This document shows positions 15,771 through 23,906 of a stretch of DNA of 25,398 nucleotides, in pieces. The DNA comes from a virus (Duplodnaviria > Caudoviricetes). The position numbers and the translations under genes were made by a program. Location: positions 1 to 25,398 of IMG/VR virus record IMGVR_UViG_3300014208_000122; one strand, 5' to 3'. Within the stretch, counting starts at the first letter, position 1, and each line of letters starts with the position of its first letter. Below the pieces are notes generated by a model that saw only the letters and a program-made list of their open reading frames with translations, did no database searches and was not told the origin of the DNA.

Positions 15771-16127
15771 ATGAACTCACCTTCATTTTTAGGCGCACCA
15801 ATCGACATCCCCGCTGGCGCAACCGGCAGACAGGCAGTACAACGTCAGGAAGTTGACGCTGAATTTACCAAGATAACTGGCTTGGTGCAATCCGAAGCGG
15901 CCAATGGCAAAGCTGGCGTTGCTACGCTGGTTGGCGGTACGAAAGAGGTAGCAAATACAAATATTACCGCGAATAGCCGTATCTTTTTAACTTCACAGTC
16001 AGTTGGTGGTACGCAAGGCTTTTTAACGGTATCCGCACGGGTAGCAGGCACAAGCTTTACTATCCTGTCATCTAATGTTGCAGATACCAGCGTCGTAGCG
16101 TATTTGATTGTTGAACCTACCGCTTAA
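15771..16127 (+). CDS. Small virion structural protein (fibre-tip-like beta domain)
   Basis: GVATLVGGT.EV.NT.ITANSRIFLT...G.L.VSAR.AGTSFTI.SS...DTS.VAYLI.EP, a domain type seen at phage fibre C-termini. Confidence 0.55.
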   Translation: MNSPSFLGAPIDIPAGATGRQAVQRQEVDAEFTKITGLVQSEAANGKAGVATLVGGTKEVANTNITANSRIFLTSQSVGGTQGFLTVSARVAGTSFTILSSNVADTSVVAYLIVEPTA

Positions 16128-16600
16128 TGGCTACACTTTCAGCATTAGTTGATCGTTTCGAAGTAGAGCGTCCGGTAGGTGTACTGCTTGACGCTCCTAC
16201 TTTATTAGCGCAGGCAATAGCGGCGGCTACTTATTATTCAGGATGGGCCGATCTTGAGGCGCATCTGGCGATTCCTGTTGCTGCGCCTACAGCTCCAGCA
16301 GAATATCCAAACTCACAGTTTATTTATTTTGGCCCAAACATATCAAGTCCTACACCTGCTCCGCGAGTAGCTTACCCGGCCATTACCGGCGCTACAGAAA
16401 TATCAGTGTCGGAATGGGCGCTAATCAGGCCATTATTTCTGCTTTATATAGAGCGTGAAAACTCAATACAGCTTGAGGCTTCGCGTGGTCTTGGTGTTGA
16501 TGTTTATGGCCGGTCATCATCGGAAATAGCCGGTGACATTACGCAGATGGAGGCATCGCTGCCACATACTGCGGCATTTTTTGGCGTTATTACAGCATAG
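16127..16600 (+). CDS. Morphogenetic protein (P1 PmgG-like)
   Basis: SEWALIRPL...LEASRGLGVDVYG.S.SE motif; Pro-rich internal insert; TAATG coupling. Confidence 0.6.
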   Translation: MATLSALVDRFEVERPVGVLLDAPTLLAQAIAAATYYSGWADLEAHLAIPVAAPTAPAEYPNSQFIYFGPNISSPTPAPRVAYPAITGATEISVSEWALIRPLFLLYIERENSIQLEASRGLGVDVYGRSSSEIAGDITQMEASLPHTAAFFGVITA

Positions 16601-16933
16601 GTGAATAAATTGAAAGCATTAACTCGCTACACAAGAAGCTTTATCGGCTTAATGGAAATGTGCAATACGGGTAACTGGGTTAAATACTCTGATGCCAAAC
16701 AGATTATTGATGAGTTATCGGCAAGTGTTGTTGAACTTGAATATAAGCAGGCTTTGCTGGAAAAAACAGCAGGTAATCTTAATAAGATTTGCAAAAACCA
16801 AATTAATGAACTTGCAAGGCTGCATACGCATAACAAAAGATTAAAAGACAAGTCATATGCACGAGATAAGTTGCTTTATGGTGTTGCCGCTTCTTTGTTG
16901 ATTACAGCGATAGTAGTTCTGTATTTTGCATGA
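16601..16933 (+). CDS. Hypothetical coiled-coil protein with a C-terminal TM anchor
   Basis: GTG start abutting the upstream TAG; ATGA overlap downstream; AT-rich; ends LLYGVAASLLITAIVVLYFA. Confidence 0.55.
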   Translation: MNKLKALTRYTRSFIGLMEMCNTGNWVKYSDAKQIIDELSASVVELEYKQALLEKTAGNLNKICKNQINELARLHTHNKRLKDKSYARDKLLYGVAASLLITAIVVLYFA

Positions 16934-17820
16934 TCCTTATTCTGTCAACTGGCAGGCAGATTAGAACTGATTTAATCAAGTCTGCCGTTGTTCGCTCCGA
17001 TCTTGCACCTGTACCTGCTACGCTTGAGGCCGAAATACGGGTAGATGCAGACATGAAGAAGCTGTTAGCGGAAGGTCAAGTAATAGCCGCTAACGGTGAT
17101 CTTTTTAACATCATAAAATCCGTTCTATCATCCGGCAAGGATACCCAGGGGCAGCATGATATGAGCATGGTCAAGATAACCGGCTTGCTTAATTCATGTT
17201 ACACGGTTACGTTCGTAAGACAAGTACCCATTATCAAAGAAAACGCTACACTGGCTGAGATTTACCGTTCAGCCGGGGCAAGTCTAAAGGCTATCGATGC
17301 AGACTTTGCTGTACCCCGTTTTAATTGCGTTATTGGACAGACACCGAGCTACCCTATAGCTGAGATTTTGCAAGAGGAAGGCGGCGTTGTGCGCTGGAAA
17401 GGCGGCAAGATGCAGTTTTTTAGACTGACCGACCTGCTCAGGCAAAAGCCGGTATTGACGCTGCAAAACCATGAGTCAGAGAATGTAACAAGCGGATTTC
17501 TGGAGCGTCATGAAGTCCCCTGGTTTTATTCGCTGAATCCAGATGGCACCTTCGCCTATGGCAATCTAACTAAGTCCCGTTCAGTCAGATACACGCCATT
17601 TAAAGACTTGCTTAGGCTACAAAATATGACGCGCTGCCTGGTGCAAAAGAAAATCTCAAAAATAGACTACGCTAGTTATCTGTGCGCTGGCGACTTGGTA
17701 GATATTGCCGGGGCTGCACCGTTGGTTATCGTTACTGCTGCCCATGCGTTCTTTTCCGGTACCGATGGCAGTCCGGCATCACAATACACAAAACTGTGGT
17801 TATCGAGCGTTGAATCATGA
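16930..17820 (+). CDS. Baseplate hub protein (P1 gp6-like)
   Basis: RSDLAPVPATLE and LQEEGG motifs; directly upstream of the spike gene. Confidence 0.6.
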   Translation: MILILSTGRQIRTDLIKSAVVRSDLAPVPATLEAEIRVDADMKKLLAEGQVIAANGDLFNIIKSVLSSGKDTQGQHDMSMVKITGLLNSCYTVTFVRQVPIIKENATLAEIYRSAGASLKAIDADFAVPRFNCVIGQTPSYPIAEILQEEGGVVRWKGGKMQFFRLTDLLRQKPVLTLQNHESENVTSGFLERHEVPWFYSLNPDGTFAYGNLTKSRSVRYTPFKDLLRLQNMTRCLVQKKISKIDYASYLCAGDLVDIAGAAPLVIVTAAHAFFSGTDGSPASQYTKLWLSSVES

Positions 17821-18374
17821 AAGAAGCGCTCCCAGGCCGCTATCCAGCGGTTGTAATGTTCTACGACAAAGTTACCCGCACCTGCAGGGTAGATATTCCA
17901 GGTATTACCAGCGGCGGTGATTCTCTGTTGCTGGCCGAACTTGAATATCCTTTAGGCGATAAGTCCAGAATTGAAGAAGGTAAATTCCCTACTGAGATTG
18001 AAATATTACCGGGCGATACAGTATGGGTAGATTTCATAGGTGGAGATAGCCGTTATCCCGTGATTACCGGCTACAGAAACCCGCAAATAGGAAATGATGT
18101 AGATTGGCGGCGCTGGCACCATGCTAACATTCAGCAAATTGCAGACGTTAATTTAAATCTGTTTGCCGGTGAGTTAATGAGCTTTACCGTGGGTGAGACA
18201 GTTATAACGCTAACGCCTGATGCAATCACGATTACAACAAAAGACACGAGCATCACTTCCAAGTTAAAGATTACCGGAAGTGAATTAACTCATAACCAAG
18301 TTTCAATTTCATCGACTCACACTCATACTGACGTTCAACCGGGCAGTGGAACAACTGGAGTACCAACATCATGA
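17817..18374 (+). CDS. Baseplate central spike (P2 gpV / P1 gp5-like)
   Basis: OB-fold motif GDTVWVDFIGGDSRYPVITG; short beta-repeats; apex HTH metal-binding motif THTHTDVQPGSGTTGVP. Confidence 0.85.
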   Translation: MKEALPGRYPAVVMFYDKVTRTCRVDIPGITSGGDSLLLAELEYPLGDKSRIEEGKFPTEIEILPGDTVWVDFIGGDSRYPVITGYRNPQIGNDVDWRRWHHANIQQIADVNLNLFAGELMSFTVGETVITLTPDAITITTKDTSITSKLKITGSELTHNQVSISSTHTHTDVQPGSGTTGVPTS

Positions 18375-18859
18375 ACACAAGTTTAATATTCAGCTTTGCC
18401 GATATGGGCGTTAAAGACCGTGCGGCCAAAGCGGTTATGAAATACTTTACCCGCGCTGGCGCTAATGTCGTATCTCAAGATGTTTCGACACAAGTTAAGC
18501 GCACATCTGGAATAAGCTACAGGGAGATGACCCTCACCTTCGCTGACTCGCAAAAGCTGGTTATGCGGATTAAACAAACCGGAGATGTTTTCCAAGTCAC
18601 GCTCAATGGCAAACTCGTTCCAATTAAGAACCAGGATGACCAAACTAAGGCTGTGGCAGAGATAGTAGCCATGATGGACGGCGCAAGAACCAAGTTTCAG
18701 GCCAAGCTCGCCAAGACATTGATTAAATTGCCGCCTAAAATTAAGACAGCCGCACCGAAGATGATGCAAGTATTGACCGAAAAAAGGGATACTTTGAAAG
18801 AAGCCATTGCCGAAGTCAGGGCAGAAATAGCAAAATTGCAAGAACCTGTTGCTGCATAG
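18371..18859 (+). CDS. hdf: Hdf-like protein (DarA N-terminal-domain family)
   Basis: KRTSGI...LTF.DSQ.L...IKQTGDVFQV.LNGK.VP motif with a C-terminal coiled coil; immediately upstream of the darA-like gene, as in P1. Confidence 0.7.
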   Translation: MNTSLIFSFADMGVKDRAAKAVMKYFTRAGANVVSQDVSTQVKRTSGISYREMTLTFADSQKLVMRIKQTGDVFQVTLNGKLVPIKNQDDQTKAVAEIVAMMDGARTKFQAKLAKTLIKLPPKIKTAAPKMMQVLTEKRDTLKEAIAEVRAEIAKLQEPVAA

Positions 18860-18864
18860 CTATT

Positions 18865-18978
18865 ATGATCGTCTACTATGTAAAAATAGATAGACGACGT
18901 CCCTACAAAGACCAGGCTTGCTTATGGAAACAAAAGCTGCATCGGATGTTCATGGGGTACTATATTTACGAAATATAA
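18865..18978 (+). CDS. Possible 37-aa ORF
   Basis: MIVYYVKIDRRRPYKDQACLWKQKLHRMFMGYYIYEI*; starts 5 nt after the hdf stop; no clear RBS. Confidence 0.25.
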   Translation: MIVYYVKIDRRRPYKDQACLWKQKLHRMFMGYYIYEI

Positions 18979-19031
18979 CTTGACGATCCGACTACCTTTC
19001 GTGGTACGCTGCATAATAACGAATGGCTTTA

Positions 19032-19071
19032 GGAAAAACCAACAATAAACACCTTAAGTTATCCGCATAAT
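19032..19071 (+). promoter_or_regulatory. Putative phage late promoter, copy 7 (dar operon; predicts a leaderless mRNA)
   Basis: TAGGAAAAAC and CATAAT at 19066-19071 (34 nt); the ATG follows after 6 nt with no SD sequence. Confidence 0.7.
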
Positions 19072-19077
19072 AGCGGC

Positions 19078-21993
19078 ATGACAGATTCAAATGACACTTT
19101 TTTAAATGTAGAAATCGCCGCGCATGATGGCGATTTTGGGCATAATCATCGGGCTACTCCATCGGATGCCATGCTTAATGCGGGTAACTACAAGGTTGGA
19201 AGAGTCCGTATTTATGATATGCCTATCGCCATTGAACAGCCAAGACACTCATACCGTACCGGCATTGACCAAAAGACGGGCAAGCGGTGGGCTACTAAGT
19301 TAGCGGCTCACTACGGCTATATTTCCGGTACTCGCGGGGCAGATAAAGACCCTATTGATTGTTTTATCGGCTATTACCCGCAGTCAGAATACACGTTCGT
19401 TATCAACCAATATGTTGATGGCATTTTCGATGAACACAAAATCATGCTGTGTTTCCCTGATGAACACAGCGTACGTAAAGCTTACCTGGATAGCTTTGAA
19501 AAAGGCTGGAAAGGTCTGCATAGCATAATCACAGCAACGGTTTCTCAATTGAAATGGTGGCTAAAGAATGGCAATCACACCCGGCCATTGGCAGTCGCAC
19601 ACTTACCCTATGACGGAATGGAAAAAATGAATAACACAAAAGTTACCTTCGACAGCACGCAACAGCCTAAGGGCATGAGTTACGACAAGCTGCTGTACGA
19701 GATTAGACGGGCTGACAGTGATGACAAACTGTTGCTGGATTCTGTTTGCATGGCTGACATTCTGGAAGATGCTGACGAGATCATGACGTTTGACGCGCTG
19801 GTTACGCCTTATGCGAAGCTCGAACGCAAAATGAACATTCTGAAAACCGTCATGGAGCGATCAGGCAACACGATCAAGCCGGTGGCTATGCAGATCAGCG
19901 ACCCTTTCAAGCAACTTGGCACAGCGCAAGTGGCTGTCGTTTTTGAGCTATCTGACGGGCAAACACTGAGTATCTTTTTCCATAATCCAGATATTAACCC
20001 TAAAAAGATTGGGCCTACGGATGAGTTGATAAGCTGGAAGTGGTTGCTCAACAAAAAAGACTGCACAATTGTTGTCGCACCCGAACACGGCGAAGATTTG
20101 AATATCCACAACGTGGCAACTCGCGTCATGAAGCTGGCTGAAAAGAATAGCGCCGCCTTTCAACGCGCTAACGTCAATCGCGCTGCCAAGATGCAAGCGA
20201 TTGAGGACATTAAAACCGAGATTGTTGCGCTTGAGGCTGAGTTGACTACGGTGCAGCATGAACTGGAAGTGGCTAAGGTTGAGGCGGAGGATAGATCGGT
20301 TAATCCAGTAGCTATATTTTCGATTGGTGATTGGGTGACAAGGATTAATGATAACAAGGTCGCTAAAATAGTAAAAATTGATTATGACGAAAATAATCAA
20401 GTAAAGTATAGCATTAAGTATCCAGATGAATTACCAAAAAATTTGACATGGACTGTAGCTGCAAATGAAATAATAGCAGCACCAAAAGAACTTATTCCGA
20501 ATGATGTTGTTATTGACCAGGAAGATGATGAAGGTACGGACGTTATTAGAGACACTAAACTTGTTAGAGCGCAAGCAGTTCGTAGAGCGTTACTACCATT
20601 AGGGTATAAACCATTAACAGAAACTACTGGTATGATTAAGCATGATGGCGATCATACTGTATCAGTTAAAACAGTTGATGCATCGTTTATGGTTACGGTT
20701 CTTGATAAAGGTATTCAGACAAATGATTATACAGTCACAGATGATCTTACTAAAACACCTGAACAAATAGCATCAGAGATAGATGCTCAATCGGTTGCGC
20801 CGGAACAAATTGCTCCAACAGAAACGGAAGTTATTGAACCTGAACCCGTTATCGAGCCTGAAATAATCGAACCCGTAGCCGTTGATCCTGTTATCGACCA
20901 AGAGCAACGCTCCGCAGAATTAATGAGCGCCATGTCACAGCTAAAATGGGCAATCGGTAATGCCGGTGGAACCAAGTATTGGGACAAGGCGGGCATCATA
21001 TTCAGCATGGGTTATACCGAGGATAAAGGCCGTTATTTCAATCTAATGGACGTCAAGAAAAACGTATTGACCAAGGTATCAGATGACCCAAGCGAAACGC
21101 CAGAACAGGTAGCGCAGCGTGTTGATGCTGAGGCAAGCAGTCAGGCGCAACAAATTCAAAACAAACCACAGGTACAAGATGAGCAAGAGAACCAGCAAGC
21201 AGAAGTTGAGACGGAAGCAGAAACGGCAGGAGAGGAAGGTATTAGAGCAGATTTAACAGGTGCATCACTAGATGAAATAATAGCCGCTCGTGAACTTGAA
21301 ATTAAAAAAGCTCATGATGAATATGATATAGCGTATAAGGAATTACAAAAAGAACTTGCGGCGATAGATAGTAAGGTTACAGTTGTAAGGAATAAGGGTG
21401 CAAAACGGGATGCTATAAATGAAAGGGCCACAGACTTACGCTTAGATAATGAGAATAAGGTTAAAGAAATACTCAATTATTATGAACCTTTTGTTAAAAA
21501 TCATCCTGAAACAATTAATGCTACAGCAGTTCGTGCTCTTGAAAATGTAGTAAGTGGGGCATTTGATAAGCTAGACCTTACCGAGTTACTGGATAAAATA
21601 GACAAGTTCGCTACTATCTTAATCGATGCCGGTCTAGGCGAAGCCAATGATGCGCTTATTGGTGCGGCGGCTGAACATTGGGCCATGCTTGATGAGCAGC
21701 AAAACAAGCTGGATAGCGTGAAGCTTGTGCCTACTGATGTTATTACCCCAGATATTGCACTTGACAAAGCGACTCTCTACGGCAAGAACTTTGAAACCGT
21801 CTACTACTGGACTCAAGGCAGCGACGTTTGGGGAACCACAAATAAACACAAAGCTGAAAAAATGGCTCGCGGCGGAAAGATTGAACAGATAGGCATGAAT
21901 GAGTTTGACGGCAAGCTACTTGGAGACAAGTACCTTGACAGCGTTATCGCGCTTTACGACAGCCTTGATGCAGTCCTTGATTCCGTGGAATAA
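19078..21993 (+). CDS. darA: Polyvalent DarA-like internal virion protein: inorganic pyrophosphatase-like domain + DarA_N + SH3-like + two repeat domains + DarA_C
   Basis: InPase-like motifs AGNYKVG, IAIE.P, HYGYI.GT.GAD.D.IDCF and FDEHK.ML. DarA_N-like VVFELSDGQTLSIFFHNPD...WLLNKKD.T.VVAPE.G.D...LAEKNSA.FQRAN. DarA_C-like helix AGL.EANDALIGAAAEH. Confidence 0.8.
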   Translation: MTDSNDTFLNVEIAAHDGDFGHNHRATPSDAMLNAGNYKVGRVRIYDMPIAIEQPRHSYRTGIDQKTGKRWATKLAAHYGYISGTRGADKDPIDCFIGYYPQSEYTFVINQYVDGIFDEHKIMLCFPDEHSVRKAYLDSFEKGWKGLHSIITATVSQLKWWLKNGNHTRPLAVAHLPYDGMEKMNNTKVTFDSTQQPKGMSYDKLLYEIRRADSDDKLLLDSVCMADILEDADEIMTFDALVTPYAKLERKMNILKTVMERSGNTIKPVAMQISDPFKQLGTAQVAVVFELSDGQTLSIFFHNPDINPKKIGPTDELISWKWLLNKKDCTIVVAPEHGEDLNIHNVATRVMKLAEKNSAAFQRANVNRAAKMQAIEDIKTEIVALEAELTTVQHELEVAKVEAEDRSVNPVAIFSIGDWVTRINDNKVAKIVKIDYDENNQVKYSIKYPDELPKNLTWTVAANEIIAAPKELIPNDVVIDQEDDEGTDVIRDTKLVRAQAVRRALLPLGYKPLTETTGMIKHDGDHTVSVKTVDASFMVTVLDKGIQTNDYTVTDDLTKTPEQIASEIDAQSVAPEQIAPTETEVIEPEPVIEPEIIEPVAVDPVIDQEQRSAELMSAMSQLKWAIGNAGGTKYWDKAGIIFSMGYTEDKGRYFNLMDVKKNVLTKVSDDPSETPEQVAQRVDAEASSQAQQIQNKPQVQDEQENQQAEVETEAETAGEEGIRADLTGASLDEIIAARELEIKKAHDEYDIAYKELQKELAAIDSKVTVVRNKGAKRDAINERATDLRLDNENKVKEILNYYEPFVKNHPETINATAVRALENVVSGAFDKLDLTELLDKIDKFATILIDAGLGEANDALIGAAAEHWAMLDEQQNKLDSVKLVPTDVITPDIALDKATLYGKNFETVYYWTQGSDVWGTTNKHKAEKMARGGKIEQIGMNEFDGKLLGDKYLDSVIALYDSLDAVLDSVE

Positions 21994-21995
21994 CA

Positions 21996-23906
21996 ATGGC
22001 AATTTCAGGCGTTGAAAAACTCAAGCTCGTTCGTGAGCTTGGGCTTATCAAAAATAACTTTTCTACAGCCAAAGGCATCAATAAATTGACGCTGGCGAAG
22101 CGTATTAACGAGATCAGGGCATTGCTATCGGTTAAGGCTGAAAAGGGCTTAGAGTTGGTTATTGATCCTGCAAACAAGGATGGTTCCTTTATTGCATTAA
22201 CTAGCTATGTCAAGGATGAAATTGGGAAAAATCCAACAGCGTTGCAACTGTCAGAACTTGATGCCTCATTCTTTATTAAAAATATTCTAATAACCTTACC
22301 TGGAGGGGAAAATACAGAAAGTCAATATAATTCAGAATTTAAAAATGCAGCCGAAAATTTTAGGGAATTATATAACAACAAAAATCAGTCTAAGATAGCT
22401 GCTTTTGAGTATTTCAAAGATAATGGCAGCGCCTTTACTGTGGACACCGAAAAGGTTAAGGCTATTCTTGCTGAAATAAAGGATATTAACAGCAAGGCTC
22501 CAGAGGATTCACCCGAAACATTAAAAATGATTGAGGATGCCAAGCTTGAACTGGCTTCTTTAAATGAAAAGATGTATACGTTAATAAAAATAAATGCCCG
22601 TAATGGTTACGATCAGGAGTCGATAGACAAGGCGGCTGCTGAATATGCCTCTGTATATAAAATTCACCATGATGTATGGGTTTATAGGAATGGTCTTGGC
22701 GAGCAAAAGTATACAGATCGACAAGCAAAAATAAATGATCTTCGAGCGTACATTTACGCCGATGGTGAAACCGTAATAAACACCTTGCTTGATAGTTCCA
22801 CAGTCACCAAAGAACAGGCCGATACATGGGCCGGTCAACAAGTCATAGACAAATCAATCGCTACCAGGCTTAAAAAACAAGGCTACCCGGTTGAAGATAT
22901 TCGCCGCGATATGTCCGAGTTTTACCGGCTGACGCGCGGCAAACTCAGGTCAATTGGTATTCAGGCAACGGGCGTAAAACGCGCACATGCCAGCGGAATA
23001 GGAGCGGTTGAAGGCTCTTATATCACCCCAGGAAGTAACTTCACAAAAACCACTTTATGGCATGAACTGGCGCATCATCTTGAAGCCGATCCTGCCGCAA
23101 GAAACGCTGCTAATGGCTTTTTATTAAAGCGCAGAGAAAGCGAAGAAACTTATTCCTTAAAGTCTTTAACCGGAAATCCTGGCTACAAAAATGACGAATA
23201 CGCCTATAAAGATGAGTTTATCGATCACTACATTGGGAAGGTGTACAGTCACGGCGATACCGAAGTTTTCTCAATGGGCTTGCAATACCTGTCTAATCCA
23301 GCCGATGCCGCGATGATGTTAGTGCGTGATCCTGAAATGGCGGCAATGATAATAGGCTATATCCAGGCCGATTTAAGCCCCGCTATGAAAGCCTTGCAAT
23401 CTATTCAAGACAATGCAAAGGGTAACAATGAAAAGTACCGTGAAGAGACTAAAAACGAGTATCAACAGGCCGTGTCAAGGCTTGCGGCAATGGTTAATCT
23501 GGTTGATGATGGCTGGTATTTACGGCTTGCAGAAAATGAAAAGGAATTGATGTCCAGATTTATCTTTAGAGACTCCGATGCGCAGTTTATTGGCTCATGG
23601 GATAACATAAGGGTATTTTCCGGTAAGTTTAAGAAAAGAAAAGGTAGACGTATTGCCAAAGGTTATGTCGCAATTGCAATGGACAGCGATCATTTTATCC
23701 AATCCAGTGATGGCGTGTGGAGGAGTATGCCTGAAACAGCAATAATACACGAAGATTATGAAACGATGAAAGCAGGTCTTAAGATTGCCAGTGAATTTGA
23801 AAACAGAGATATTTACAGGATTTCATGGAGACTATTTGGCAATGCCGATACTCAATCACAAATAATCAACTATGCAAAACGTATCTTCGGTGCCAGCAAT
23901 GAATGA
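21996..23906 (+). CDS. Polyvalent virion protein with a DdrA-like N-terminal helical hairpin and a zincin-like metallopeptidase domain
   Basis: HEXXH motif WHELAHHLE at about 23058-23084; downstream YIGKVY and TEVFSMG supply a candidate third ligand. Confidence 0.75.
   Translation: MAISGVEKLKLVRELGLIKNNFSTAKGINKLTLAKRINEIRALLSVKAEKGLELVIDPANKDGSFIALTSYVKDEIGKNPTALQLSELDASFFIKNILITLPGGENTESQYNSEFKNAAENFRELYNNKNQSKIAAFEYFKDNGSAFTVDTEKVKAILAEIKDINSKAPEDSPETLKMIEDAKLELASLNEKMYTLIKINARNGYDQESIDKAAAEYASVYKIHHDVWVYRNGLGEQKYTDRQAKINDLRAYIYADGETVINTLLDSSTVTKEQADTWAGQQVIDKSIATRLKKQGYPVEDIRRDMSEFYRLTRGKLRSIGIQATGVKRAHASGIGAVEGSYITPGSNFTKTTLWHELAHHLEADPAARNAANGFLLKRRESEETYSLKSLTGNPGYKNDEYAYKDEFIDHYIGKVYSHGDTEVFSMGLQYLSNPADAAMMLVRDPEMAAMIIGYIQADLSPAMKALQSIQDNAKGNNEKYREETKNEYQQAVSRLAAMVNLVDDGWYLRLAENEKELMSRFIFRDSDAQFIGSWDNIRVFSGKFKKRKGRRIAKGYVAIAMDSDHFIQSSDGVWRSMPETAIIHEDYETMKAGLKIASEFENRDIYRISWRLFGNADTQSQIINYAKRIFGASNE

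Noticed and set aside
7424-16603. TAG recoding or read-through: in-frame TAG junctions at 7424-7430 and 16598-16601
   Set aside because: Long genes are not interrupted by TAG under the standard code and the proteins end at plausible termini; tight gene packing explains the junctions.
18865-19032. 37-aa ORF continuing past TAA in frame to the TAG at 19030, as a pseudogene or read-through product
   Set aside because: Too short, no RBS and no recognisable homology; it could easily be chance.
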